Positions 35,575 to 48,892 of a stretch of 64,000 nucleotides of DNA are shown here, piece by piece. The translations under genes and the position numbers were made by a program. The notes below the pieces were generated by a model, which had not been told where the DNA came from, did not search any database, and saw only the letters and a program-made list of their open reading frames with translations. Source of the stretch: Rhynchobatus australiae (taxonomy: Eukaryota); NCBI GenBank assembly GCA_034780895.1, contig JAUZTB010000064.1, positions 54,197,657 to 54,261,656 of the forward strand, read 5' to 3'. Each line of letters begins with the position of its first letter. The first letter of the stretch is position 1.

Positions 35575-37220
35575 CCTCTGCACTGTCACCGTAACGGACA
35601 TCAGATCAGCCTTCCTGAAAGTGAACCCACAGAAAGCATTTGGCCCAGATGGAGTCTCTGGCTCTGTCCTCAGATCCTGCGTGGACCAGCTGGTGGGTGT
35701 ATTCGCAGACATCTTTAACCTCTCCCTACTCCAATTTGAGGTTCCCACCTGCTTCAAGACCACTATCAAAGAAAGATAAGATAAAGTACCTTAATGACTG
35801 CTGCCCGAAGGCTCTGACATCCATCATCATGAAGTGCTTCAAGAGACTGGTCATAGCACACATCAACTCCAGCCTCCTAAACAACCTCAACCCACTGCAA
35901 TTTGCCTACTCCCACGCTCATCTCTGGAACATCTGGATAACAAAGACAACTATGTCAGACTTTTTATTTATTGACTAAAGCTCCACCTTCAGCACCATAA
36001 TTCCAANNNNNNNNNNNNNNNNNNNNNNNNNNNNNNNNNNNNNNNNNNNNNNNNNNNNNNNNNNNNNNNNNNNNNNNNNNNNNNNNNNNNNNNNNNNNNN
36101 NNNNNNGAAGGGTTATGGACTGGGCGCAGGTCAATAGGACTAGCAGAATAAAGTTTTGGCACAGACTAGAAGGGCCGAATGGCCTGTTTTCTGTGCTGTA
36201 GTGCTCTATGGTTCTAATTAGTAAGGCTAGGCAGCAGCACCTCCATCATGATTATCCTCAACACCAGTGTCCCGCAAGACTGTGCCTTCATCCCCTTGTT
36301 ATACTCCTTATATACTCACAACTGAGTGGCCAAATTCTACTCTGGCTCCACTTACAAACTTGCAGATGACACCATCATAATGGGCTGGATCTCAAAGAAC
36401 AATGGGACAGAGTATAAGGAGACAGAGAGTCTAGTGGCATACTGTCAAGATAACAACCTATCCTTTGACGTCAGCAAAACAAACGAAGTGGGGTGGAGTA
36501 CACACCCATCTATATGAATGGTGCTGACGTATAGATGGTTGAGAGCTTCAGGTTCCTAAGTGTAAATATCACCAACAATTTGTCCTGGACCAGAAACACG
36601 GACATTATGACCAAGAAAGCACACCAACGCCTCTCAGAAGGCTGAGGAAATTCAGCATGTCCCCAGTGACTCTTACCAATTTTTTTTTATAGATGCACCA
36701 TAGAAAGCATTCTATCCAAATGCATCACAGCTTGGTATGGCAATTGCTCTTCCCAATTACGCAAAAAATTACAGAGAATTGTGAATGCAGCCCAATCCAT
36801 CACGCAAACCAGCCTCCACTCCATTGACTCCCGCTGCCTCAGGAAAGCAGCCAACATAATCAAGGACCCCTTCAATCACTCTTCTCCCATCTCCATTGGG
36901 CAGAGGATACAAAAACTTGAGAGCACGTACCACGAGNNNNNNNNNNCGAGGCTTAAGGCCAGCATATTTCCCGCTGTTATCAGACTCCTGAACAGACCTT
37001 TTGTATGCTAAAAGATGAACTCTTGATCTCCCATTCCATCTCATCGCCCTTGCAATTTGTTTGTCTAGCTGCACTTTACTTCCTCTGTAACAGTACCACT
37101 GATTTTGCATTCAGTTTTCCTTTTTATAACCTCAGTGTATTTAGGTATGGAATGATCTGTCTGGATGGCATGCAAACAAAAGTTTTTCACTGTAGCTCGG
37201 TACATGTGACAATAATAAAC
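35575..37220 (+). mobile_element. Rex1/Babar LINE, 5'-truncated and decayed
   Basis: KVNPQKAFGPDGV...SCVDQLVGVFADIFNLSL, ALTSIIMKCFKRLV, LNPLQFAY, YKLADDT, YRCTIESILS; tail CGGTACATGTGACAATAATAAAC. Confidence 0.9.
36108..36216 (+). mobile_element. CR1 3' tail nested in the Rex1 LINE
   Basis: GAAGGGCCGAATGGCCTGTTTTCTGTGCTGTAGTGCTCTATGGTTCTA interrupts the Rex1 RT; its 5' part is hidden in the gap. Confidence 0.75.
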
Positions 37221-38384
37221 TGCACAGCACTGGAACATTCTGACACAAAATACTCTGCAGAAAAATTATAAAGGCAAGGTCCCTTTAAAGATGATGACAG
37301 GACATCTGTCACTTGCTGACATCACCCTCCTACTGCCACAATTGTAAAAGTGATTCCTGTCAAATTTAACATCCCACAACCTGACAATATTTAGCCAAAG
37401 CATTCATTAGGCATTAGGGATGAGTGTCAGTTTGTGGCCCACTGGAACTGACTATCCTTTTCCAACTGAGACAGGGAGAAACTTAAGCCTCAGGTACTGC
37501 TGACCTTTCAGCCAGCAAGACAACCACCAAAACGGCCGCTGGCCTGCTGCACTGTCACCGACAAATGCACCTCTGTGGGTGCTGCCTGAATTTCTAGTTT
37601 ACACATCTTGCTGATTATCTTTGCAAATGGTGTGGGGTGTGGTCTGGGTGGGGCTCGGTAATTTGGGAGTTCCAATCAGTTTTCAAGCTGGGTGGGGTCA
37701 GCGGGTGGGTAAAGGAAGGGCACTAAACTGAAAAGGACCTGAGGTCAACTCAAGTCTGGTGTGGAGGGGCTGAGTTGGGTCAGTACCATGNNNNNNNNNN
37801 NNNNNNNNNNNNNNNNNNNNNNNNNNNNNNNNNNNNNNNNNNNNNNNNNNNNNNNGCCAGGTTCTCCAAATGGGGCTTAAATATTCTCAGCGAGGTCCCT
37901 TTAAACTGTACAGCAGTAGGAAAATCTCATTGAGTTTATTTGTTCCTTATTTAGGAGGATGTATCTAGACCTGGTGAATCCAGGTGACTTTTGATTATCT
38001 CTGTTACTTGACATATTACTCTGTTGTCAATGAAATAATCTATCTAAATGATTAAATCTTAAGTGTTTCAATCTGGTTTCAAAATTTTGTGTTTCACTGT
38101 TATAATCCCCTAAGAGAATGGAATGGGTTTGGGAGATTAAAAGTTGCTTCGGCAATGGATGTCAGGGAGTTGTAGTTTCATACTGTGATGAGACAAGATA
38201 TTTAATTAACAGATTGAGATCAGGCTTCCACAGTGTCCTTTGAGGCTCAATTAAAAATTAACTACCGCCCGCATGAACTTCCCAAGGACTGGGAAATTCA
38301 GTACTGAAAAGGAAATGGAAACTACTCATCCCCCAAGATAAGGATGTAGTTCCCAGACTATGGGAACTATATCCAGACAAAGGC

Positions 38385-38670
38385 CTAGATTATTGATCAT
38401 GAGCAATGAGTTCAAATCTCAGCACGGCAAGCAGGAAATTTAAATTCAAGTAACAAAATGTCTTCTGGAACAAAAAGCAACTAGTCAGTGATGCTGTCCA
38501 TAAAACTAAAAATCTTCCTGGTTCTCATATCTATCTCCATTACTCAGTGTAGATTATATGTAACTCTAGATCCAGCATATGGTTGGCTCTCAACTCCTCT
38601 CTGAAAAATACTCAGCATTAGTGAAGAATGGGAAATGAATGCCTACATCCTGTAAACAAATGAATAAAAA
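38385..38670 (+). mobile_element. Ancient chondrichthyan tRNA-derived SINE (SacSINE1-like, tentative)
   Basis: B-box-like GAGTTCAAATCTC, then GAAATTTAAATTCAA...TGTAACTCTAGATCC...TGGTTGGCTCTCAACT, and tail TGAATAAAAA. Family name is from recall. Confidence 0.55.
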
Positions 38671-40199
38671 TTCCTTGGGCAGCCAAAAGGAGCAGCAGGG
38701 CTTCCCCCAGATCCTCCTGAGAAGTCTTTACCCATCCCCTATTCCTCATCTACAGCTTGCTCCACATCTTCCCACCACAATCACATGCCTCTCTCTCAGC
38801 ACCAATAGTGGCCAATCTGCCACTGTACTAAATCTCAAGGTAACAACTGTACAGGTGAGGGTTTTGAGGCATGTGGGAATGCAGAATGGCAATTGGTGTG
38901 AAATGTTGCAGAGACGTAAACATACGACTTCAGTGATGGGAAAGGGGGGGGGGGGGAATATTGAAATTGATGCAAGGAATTACAGGTTTCCACCCTGCTT
39001 GTAAAAATGCTGGAGCACTGACAATATAGTCATATCCAGGTACAACTGCTCTTCCAGAAATTACCAGGAACTTCCTTTCTATCCCCCGAAGGAGACTAAT
39101 CCTCATTCTTTAGTTATCTGAATAATTCTGACCTGATGTTGAAGAAGAATTAAGAGTTTCTCTAACTTACCACTGAACTTATCAATCAGCATCACCATAT
39201 GTGCATTCTTCTGTTGTTGTGGTTAGGTTTCTATTTCAGTGGGAGGACAGAATACTTTTTATTAACTGAAATAACTGAGAACTGACAAANNNNNNNNATT
39301 TGGCTTTAATCAAAAACCATCTACCCTTATCTCCAGGCCAGGCCTTCATTCCAGCTGTTCACTGAGGCACAACTTGGTATTCTCCCTTCAAGCTTTTTAA
39401 ACCTGCAAGTGCTCATGAATGCCTAAATACTAAATTGGAGACATGACTGGTGTTCCTTTATGACACATAAATATAGGAAACTAGAAAGAAAGCAAGCTTT
39501 CAGCTATCCAGGTGCAACAAAACAGTTACACTGGAGAGCAGAATCACTACTAAAGTGAGTCATGTCACCTGGATTGACAGTGTGCTTAAGACATACTTAT
39601 ATGGCACAGGTACAAGGAAATTGGATCCCATTCCTAACCCTGCATGTTCTGCTTGGGCAACCCTGGCCAACAGCAATAACGCATTCCCTCCACGGTGTCA
39701 AGACAATGGCCCTGCAAAAACTTGAGACCTTGCATCGCCTGTCTCCAGCTTCAGATTTCTTAGGCTTGCAGCACATGCAATGTGTTTCCCCATTTCTTTT
39801 CAGGCTCAAGATTTAAGCCGAAACTTTGAACCTGCAAGTATGATGAGGTCAAATGCCAAGTCATGCTGATTGCCCATGCTGGTGTGCAATCTAAAACTAC
39901 TCTGACATTCTTACCATTCATTTGAATTCCAGATTCTCTGACTTCAAACCATTGCAGAACAATGGGAGATGTTTTTCCATTCCAAATACCATTTGAAATC
40001 AGAAATGAAAAGTGGTTCAATCTGACTCATATCCAAATAGAAGAAAATTCACCAAAAATCCTGCCATCTTTGAGGCATCTTATACAGTGAGCTAGCCAAG
40101 GCCACTTTTGGCCTAAAAATTCAGAGGCAGAGATCACTGTCTGCATACCTTTACTCACTCATTTCTGTATCTGGTATGTTTCTAGATTCTAAATGCTTG

Positions 40200-40375
40200 A
40201 GGCAGGGATAATAACAATATTTAAAAGACATTTCAACGGGTACATGGATAGGAAAGGTTTAGAGGGTTATGGGCCAAACACAGGTGAATGGGACAAGCTT
40301 AGCTGGGCATCTTGGTCACCATGGACAAGTTGGGCCAAAGGGCCTGTTTCCATGCTGTATTACTTTTAGTCTCTA
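40200..40375 (+). mobile_element. CR1 3' fragment
   Basis: Similar to 48735-48892 (TTTAAAAGACAT...GGGCCTGTTTCC). Confidence 0.85.
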
Positions 40376-40446
40376 AATTCAGACATTAAAACAATAAAGC
40401 TAAAACATAGACATACCCTCTATATAAAGTTCATGAAAAGAAACAA

Positions 40447-40722
40447 AGAGAACATAGAACAGTACAGCTCAGAACAGGCCCTTCGGCCCACAATGTTGTG
40501 CCGACATAGCTAATCCCTCCTACCTACAGAATGCCCATATCCCTCGATTTTCCCTGATATTCATGTGCCCATCCAAGCCCCTCTTAAAAGCCTCCACCAC
40601 CCCATCAGGCAACACATTCCAGGCATCCAGCACTCTCTCAGTAAAAAACATACCCCTCACATCTGTTCTGAACCTACCCCCTCTCACCTTAAATGCATGC
40701 CTTCTGGTACTGGATTGCTCAA
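40447..40722 (-). mobile_element. CR1 3' fragment
   Basis: TRRHAFKVRGGRFRTDVRGMFFTERVLDAWNVLP plus tail repeat GAACATAGAAC. Confidence 0.9.
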
Positions 40723-43469
40723 TAATAGTTCTCAACATACATACCTTATGGTAGGGAACACAACCACCTCTTTCATTCCTTATCACAGGAAAGATAAGAA
40801 GATTTTCAGCGTGCCAATATATTGTTTAAACCCNNNNNNNNNNNNNNNNNACCTACTGCTCATGGAATATGTATTAATCCACTGGAGATTCATGATTTGC
40901 ACAATGGTATCCTTAAGGAATATTTCCTCCTCTGTCCTACAAGCAATCCACAAGTGTCAAATTGATGGCAAACTGTTCTTAGTCATCTACAATTAATCAT
41001 GGAGTTATTTTCTGGACTTTTTTCATTATTGAATTCCAACCACATTTTGATAACAAATTGGTTAGCTGTACTCAAGTAGTGTTTCCTCTGCATATACATG
41101 AGGTGTATATTGATCTATCATGGACTCCATAGAGTATTATTTTTAGATTGCCTCTTATTGTATAACCTTGCTATAACAGTGCTAGGAGAAAGGCAAACAC
41201 ACTATATTAAAAAGTAAATGTCACAAGTACAACATTTACTAAACCTTATGAAGAGAACATTCCTGCTCCTCTCAGCTCACCTAAAATTCAGCCAAGTATC
41301 TTTTAGCAAACTTACATTTAAGTGACAGCCAGCATCTGAGCTTTTGGATAGATCACATGGAATTTGTGCCCTTGAATGTGCCTGGCTGAATCAACATATT
41401 TTCTAAGGTCTCAACAGGTTCTGGATTACTTGACAAAACATGCAAAGGGTATATAATCCTTGTTCATTCATCGGACCTGAGTCCAGACTTTCTGCCTCCA
41501 CATTTCCAAAGTGGAATGTGCATCACTGTGCTGCCTGCCAAATTCATGTTCCGATTACACCTGAAAAAAATGGGCACAATACCAATGAATTTCTTGGTCT
41601 TAATGACAAACTTCATGATTTATTAACTCTGTAAGCTTTTGTAACAATTAAAGATAAGAATTACAGGTTAGCAATGTGAGAAGACTTCTCTTCTCTGGTT
41701 GGCATCCATTCTTTGCAAGTTCCATTGAAGGCTCGTATATGAATAATTGTTCCAGCATGCCCTTCTAACCCATTCATTGGTACTGTAATTTGGAGTTTTC
41801 TCATATTCTGGCATCAAAGACATTGGCTTTAATTCCAAAATATCACTGTTACATCTGGTTGTTCCCAAACCTGTTTTTTAATTACATTTTAAGACTCAGA
41901 TCTGTGGCTTTCATTGCAAAATATGTACATTCAGTGGGTTCTTAGCTCTATTGCAGGACATTGAAGAGTAAACAGATGGATACGTCAGACACAAGGAGCT
42001 CAAATGTGATGTGTCCCAGTTTATTCATAGGTTCTTCACAGACAGTCCCTATAACTTTCTGTACACACTGTCGCAGCCCAGATAGCAGTAAGTCTCACAT
42101 GATACCATTCTGAAACAGGAGACAGCTTTAAAGCAAACATTACATTTCACAACCCACGTTGCACAAATCACATACCCTACATTTATTTGTATGGGCCAGG
42201 TGTTCCCAGGAGACACAATGTTTGTNNNNNNNNNNNNNNNNNNNNNNNNNNNNNNNNNNNNNNNNNNNNNNNNNNNNNNNNNNNNNNNNNNNNNNNNNNN
42301 NNNNNNNNNNNNNNNNNNNNNNNNNNNNNNNNNNNNNNNNNNNNNNNNNNNNNNNNNNNNNNNNNNNNNNNNNNNNNNNNNNNNNNNNNNNNNNNNNNNN
42401 NNNNNNNNNNNNNNNNNNNNNNNNNNNNNNNNNNNNNNNNNNNNNNNNNNNNNNNNNNNNNNNNNNNNNNNNNNNNNNNNNNNNNNNNNNNNNNNNNNNN
42501 NNNNNNNNNNNNNNNNNNNNNNNNNNNNNNNNNNNNNNNNNNNNNNNNNNNNNNNNNNNNNNNNNNNNNNNNNNNNNNNNNNNNNNNNNNNNNNNNNNNN
42601 NNNNNNNNNNNNNNNNNNNNNNNNNNNNNNNNNNNNNNNNNNNNNNNNNNNNNNNNNNNNNNTTATCTGCTCATCTATCTCAGTCTTGATGAGGTAGAGA
42701 CTCTATGGAATAACTTTGACACTAACTTTAGTTGGGACCCAGGTTTTCATAATCAGATCCTGCACAAGCACTAATTGCTCTTTCAGTAATTCAAATAATC
42801 ATTTAGTATGCTTGCTATGGCACTGGTTTCCTTTTACTTGTGCATCAGTAAGTTGTTCTGCCTCTCTTGGTCTTGTGGAGGATGCGTTTTGCTTGGTAGT
42901 ATTGCCTTATACTTTCTGCCATTCAGTATTTCTGTTGGCAATTTCATTCAGTCTTAAAGAGATAAAGCCAACAAGGCAGAGTTTGGGTCTTCTTTTGTCT
43001 CTACATCTAGGAAGTATCCTCTTAATAGTCAGACATCTTTCTCTGTAAAACTGTCTTCTCAGACGTCATGGGGATGGGGTCACAAAAGTGAACCCGGACG
43101 ACTCTGAAAATGTCTTAAGTCCTCTAAGATGAATTGGATTCCATTGTCACATGCATTTTCTCAGGGATCCTTAGTTCTGCAAACAGGAATTGAACAGCTG
43201 TGGTAATTTTAATGGTTCTCCTTGTGTTGAATGGGAAGTCGTAGTTTACAAGTATGAGATGTATTCAGATCAACTCCTACCATGGTCTAGGTGGATCTCA
43301 GCAGTCATAATTTCCTCTTTTTGTTTGTATTATTTGAAAATTTTAAGTACTTTGGAATGTCTGAGCAATATTTTAGGAACGTGCGGAGTATTTTAAGTAT
43401 CGATTATCTTTGGCAGTTCTGGCTGTGGGTAGGTGGACGGATGTTGGTAGGGGCAGAGCTTAGTCAGCT

Positions 43470-43732
43470 GTGGAATTGGAACTGGTTTAGTATTGCCACA
43501 TGTACCGAGATACAGTGGAAACTTTTGTTTGCGTGCCATCCAGACAGATCATTCCAAGCATAAGCACATCAAGGTAGTACAAAAGAAAAAACAGAACATA
43601 GTGTTCCAGTTACAGAGAAAGTGCAGTGCACGTAGACAAATAAAGTGAAAGGGCAACGAGGAGGTCGATTGAAAGATCAAGAGTTCATCTCTAGCAAAGA
43701 AGAAGTTGTTCAATAGTCTGATAACAGATCAG
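43470..43732 (-). mobile_element. Rex1/Babar LINE 3' fragment
   Basis: Reverse complement resembles 36970-37220; continues into the gap. Confidence 0.8.
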
Positions 43733-45659
43733 NNNNNNNNNNNNNNNNNNNNNNNNNNNNNNNNNNNNNNNNNNNNNNNNNNNNNNNNNNNNNNNNNNNN
43801 NNNNNNNNNNNNNNNNNNNNNNNNNNNNNNNNNNNNNNNNNNNNNNNNNNNNNNNNNNNNNNNNNNNNNNNNNNNNNNNNNNNNNNNNNNNNNNNNNNNN
43901 NNNNNNNNNNNNNNNNNNNNNNNNNNNNNNNNNNNNNNNNNNNNNNNNNNNNNNNNNNNNNNNNNNNNNNNNNNNNNNNNNNNNNNNNNNNNNNNNNNNN
44001 NNNNNNNNNNNNNNNNNNNNNNNNNNNNNNNNNNNNNNNNNNNNNNNNNNNNNNNNNNNNNNNNNNNNNNNNNNNNNNNNNNNNNNNNNNNNNNNNNNAC
44101 CATTTTGTATACTTCTACATCTTCCTCACAGTTCATTTTCCCCCTCCCAGTTTCATGTCATCAGCAATTTGTTATTAAATTTTTATCAAGAATTGAAAGA
44201 CTGTACAGACTGCTGAAGTTTGGACGTGAACAACATGGGATAAAGATAGGATTGATAGGAGGAAGGGCACAGAATCATAAGAAAAGCATCCAGCCTTAAA
44301 ACTTTGCCACAATAAAGTACGTGGCTGAATCTCACAAAATTTTCATTGAACAATTGCTCAGTCTATCTCCAAACACTCATGAGGAGTAAATTGAGGACCA
44401 TTACTGAATACATGCCACACAAATCAAAATTGTTCCCAATTTTCTTTGAGCTGCTTGCCACAAAAAACTGCACTCCTTACACCTAGATTATTGATCATTA
44501 ACTACCTAATGAAAAGCATTACATAATGATAGTCATTACAGCCTGCCCTTTCATTACCGTTAATTTACTTACATTCTTTAAGAAACCTATAATTCAAATG
44601 TACACATTCTAACACTTTCATTAGAAGATAATAAATTAAGGTGAGAATAAGTATTCCTTCTGATGTTTCTTTGGTAAATAAATACAGTCCAGCTGTGGAT
44701 TAAGACATGTTATTTGATGATTTTCTGTATAAACTTCTTCCTTATAAACTTCCACTAACCTTACAATTAAATCCCTCAAATTCTTCAAAATCCTTTTGAT
44801 ACTTTAGTTCAATTAATGATTATGGTGTATTTCATATTTTTGACTTATCGGTAACATTTTAGATGAGAAACATGGTTATAAATTAAATCTATACATTGTC
44901 CTCAAATAAATGTGGGAGGTAAAATATATTTCAACATACAGCTATTTTCAATTTTTTTCCCCTATTTCAGGAGCTCTGAAACAAGTCTTTGCATCAATGT
45001 TATCAATGAAAAGTCACAGGAAATGGAAATATAATAATCTATATATGTGACATTTTTTCAATCAAGCATCAAAGTTGCTTGGGTAAGAAAGCTAGTCTGA
45101 GTCAATAGAGTTGCTCAACTGATGCCATGCAGGTTAATTAAGCAGCATTGGCAAAGACAATGGCTAACACTTTAAAAATTCCTGACAGTATTTAATCAAC
45201 ATCTACTGCTAAACTATACGCAATATATATTTGATTTAAAAACAGAATACAATGTGAAAACTTGCTTAACTGACTGCAACTTTGTTCTGTTGCTGGGTCT
45301 GCACATATGTTACTATTTTTAGATGTGAATTCAGGTATCAGACAAAGTTATCACAGCGTGAAAGAGGCAAGCAGATTCTGTAGTTGATACTAAATCTGAT
45401 CAGATGGTCTATAATGTAAAAGCTGCATGAATTGATGGAGCAAATTCAAGAAAAAATAATAATCACTTAATATTATCCAACAGAAATAAGCATTAACTGA
45501 TATGGAGAAATCTGACAGAATGCCATTGACCTGATACTCTCNNNNNNNNNNNNNNNNNNNNNNNNNNNNNNNNNNNNNNNNNNNNNNNNNNNNNNNNNNN
45601 NNNNNNNNNNNNNNNNNNNNNNNNNNNNNNNNNNNNNNNNNCTTTGCACAGACAGGTTT

Positions 45660-45715
45660 TCTCTCCAAGCAGATGTCTGGCTTGCTGAATATTTCTAGCA
45701 TCTTTGTGTTTAGTT
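45660..45715 (+). mobile_element. Penelope pLTR 3' fragment
   Basis: CTGGCTTGCTGAATATTTCTAGCATCTTTGTGTTT resembles 29165-29203. Confidence 0.5.
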
Positions 45716-45844
45716 CAAACAATTTAGTCGAACAGATAATGCAGACTATTGATTGACACCTAGGAGTAGACAGCTGACTTCTAGGACAGCCTAAGTAACA
45801 ACTTGGAATGTTGACACTGGAGAAAGAATGGTTCAAGGAGACAT

Positions 45845-48800
45845 TGATGTTAGGAACTGGGATATCATAGCCATGAAAGGAATGTGGCTGAGGGAAGGGC
45901 AGGATATGCAGCTCAGTGTTCCAGGATACAGATGCTGGAGGTCCAGGTAAAAGAGGAGGGGGAGTTGGCTTCTTGATGAAAGAGTGAATAATGGTTCTTA
46001 GAGAGGATATTCTTGGGGAAATCATCCACTGAGGCCATATGGGTAGAACTTAGAAGCAAGAAGGGAATGGTCACTCTGATGGGATTGTAGTATAGGGTCT
46101 CCAATAGTCAGCGGAGATTGGAGGAGCAAATATAGAGAGATTGCAGCCGGTTGTAAACATAATAGGGTAGTATTAGTGAGAGATTAACAGTTAGCATTTA
46201 CAGCGCCAGTGACCTGGGTTCAATTCCCATCGCTGTCTGTGAGGAGTTTGTACATTCTCCCCATGACTGCGTGGGTTTCCTCCGGGTGCTCCGGTTTCCT
46301 CCCACATTCCAAAGACAACAGTTGTGGGCATTCCAATGTTGTGGGCATGTTATGTTGGCATCGGAAGTGTGGTGACACTTGCAGGCTGCACCCAGAGAAC
46401 TCTATGCAAAGATGCATTTCACTGTGTGTTTCGGTGTACATGTGACTATTAAAGATACCTCTTATAGATTTTAAACTTCCCTATTATTGTCTGGGCCAAC
46501 CATAGTGCAAAAGGCTCAGACGGAATCGAATCTGTATAAATGTGTTCAGGAAAGCTTCCTTTATCAATATACAGAGGGAACTACTAGAGAGGATGCAACA
46601 CTGGACTTTCTCCTGGGAAATGAGGTAGGGCAAGTGGTGAAAGTGTCTGTAGGCGAGCACTTTCGGTCCAGTGACCATAATTCTATTAGTTTTAAAATAG
46701 TTATGGAGAAGGATACGACCGGCTCACAGGTTAAGGTCCTGAACTGAGGCAGAGCAAATTTTGGAGCCATTACGCAGGATTTTACAGTGGTTGATTGGGC
46801 AAGATTGTTTGCAGGGAAAGGAGTGTCTGCCAAGTGGGAGGCCTTTGAACGTGTGATGTCAAGAGCTCAGGGCCTGTATGTTCCTGTTAGGGTGAAGGGC
46901 AAGGCTGGCAGGTGTAGGGAACCCTGGCTGACAAGAGATATTGAGATTCCGGTTAAGAAAAGGAGGGAGGCATACACTGTGCATAAACAAATGGAAACTA
47001 GTGAATCTTTTGATGACTACAAAAAGTGTAGGAGTGCACTTGAGAGGAGTTAGGAGGGCAAAAAGAGGAATATAAAGAGGATCTGGCAGGCAAGGTGTGG
47101 CAAAATCCCAAGAGAATCAATAACTATATCAAGAGTAAAAGGGTGGCTAAGGAGAGAATAGATCCCCTTAAAGATCAGCATGGCTGTCTGTGTGTGGAAT
47201 CAAAGGAAATGCGTGAGATTTTTAAATAATACTCCTCTTCAATTTTTACCATGGAGAAAACGATGGAAGCCGAAGAAATGGGGGAAATGAGTGGTGTTGT
47301 CTTGGGCCACATACAAATTAGCAGTGAGGAGTATTGGAGGGATTAAAGTACATGAAGGTAAATCCCCCAGGGCCTGACCTAGTGCATTCTCTGACCTTGT
47401 GTGAAGCTAGAGAAGAAACCCGCAAGGGCCTCTGCGGAGATGATTGCTTCATCTCTGGCCACAGGTGAAGTTCTAGAGGATTGGAGAGTGGCTGATGTGC
47501 TATGATTGTTTAAAAAAGGTAGCAAAAACAAGCTGGGAAACTACAGGCCACCGAGTCTGATCGGTGGTGGGTAAATTGCTGTAGGGGATTTGGTAGACAG
47601 GACCTACCAACATTTGGAGAGACAGGGTCTGATTCAGGACAGTCAGCATGACTTTGTGTGTGGGAAGTTGTGTCTAATAAAGCTCTTGGAGTTCTTTGAG
47701 GAGGTAACCAAGGGGGTAGATGAGAGTAGGGCACTTAATGTTGTCTATATGGACTTTAACAAGGCCCTTCATAGCATCCTAGTCTGNNNNNNNNNNNNNN
47801 NNNNNNNNNNNNNNNNNNNNNNNNNNNNNNNNNNNNNTTGGATTCATAATTGGCTCAGTGGTAGCAAGCAGAGGGTGATGGTTGAGGGTCGTTTCTCAGA
47901 CTGAAGGCCTGTGTCTATTGGTGTGCCACAGGGATCAGTGCTGGGACCTTTGTTGTTCGCAATTTATATAAATAATTTGGATGTGAATGTACAAGACACG
48001 TTTAGTAAGTCTGCAGTTGATACTAAAATAGGTGGTGTGATAGATAGCGTAGAAGGGTATGAAAAGTTACAGAGGGATCTTGATCAGTTGGGTATGTGGG
48101 CTGAGGATTGGCAAATGGCTTTCAATCCAAATAAAGGAGAGATATTGCACTTTGGGAGATCAAAACAGGGGTAGGACTTGCACAGTGAATGGTAGGGCCC
48201 TGGGGAGTGTTCTGGAACAGAGGGACCTAGGAGTGCAAATGAATAGTTCTCTGAAAGTGGCATCTCAGGTAGATAGGGTGGTGAAGGCAGCATCGGTACG
48301 CTGGCCCTCATCAGTCAGAGCATTGAGTGTAGAAGTTGGGAAGTTATGTTGCAGTTATATTAGACATTGGTGAGGCTTCACTTGGAGTATTGAGTACTGT
48401 TTTGGTCATCCTGTTATAGGAAAGATGTTATTAAATTAGAAAGAGTGCAGAAAATTTTTGCCAGGATGTTGCCTGGACTTGGGTGCCTGAGTTATATGGA
48501 GAGGTTGCAACAGACTGGGACTTCATTCCCTGGAACATGGGAGATTGAGGGTGACCTGATAGAGGTGTACTAGATTATGAGGGGCATAAACAGGGTGAAA
48601 GCATATTGCCTTTTTCACAGGTTTAAGATCAGAGGCAAGAGATTTAAAAGGGACATCAGGGGCAACTTCTTCACACAAAGGGTGGTGTGTATTTGGAATG
48701 AGCTGCCATAAATAGTGGTTGGAGTGGACACATTAGCAACATTTAAAAGACATCCAGATAAGTACATGGATGGGAGAGGTTCAGAGGGCTATGGGCCAAA

Positions 48801-48892
48801 CATGGGCAGATGGGACTACCTCACTGGGCAACACAGTTGGCCTGGATGAGTTGCATCAAGGGCCTGTTTCCATTGCTGTTTGACTCTATGAC
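45845..48892 (+). mobile_element. CR1 LINE, 5'-truncated (APE through 3' tail), decayed
   Basis: WDIIA, LDFLLGNE...SSDHNSISF, QHDFVCGKLCLIKLLEFFEEVT...VYMDFNKA, GVPQGSVLGPLLFAIYIN; tail GACTCTATGAC. Confidence 0.95.
46186..46465 (+). mobile_element. V-SINE (Rex1-like tail) inserted in the CR1 endonuclease domain
   Basis: Homologous to 5631-5925. Splits the CR1 GDFN-like motif and is flanked by AGATT at 46181-46185 and 46466-46470 (possible TSD). Confidence 0.9.

Noticed and set aside
40200-40722. Tail-to-tail CR1 fragments as a composite element
   Set aside because: Different subfamily tails, an unrelated spacer and no shared TSD; most likely independent insertions.
12072-44299. Long ORFs in the supplied track (e.g. 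12072-12767, 18728-19522, 29836-30724, 42159-42774, 43706-44299)
   Set aside because: They consist almost entirely of X residues from N gaps.
44971-45082. Strong plus-strand acceptor and GTAAGA donor pair
   Set aside because: Stops in all three frames; a non-coding exon cannot be supported without transcript data.
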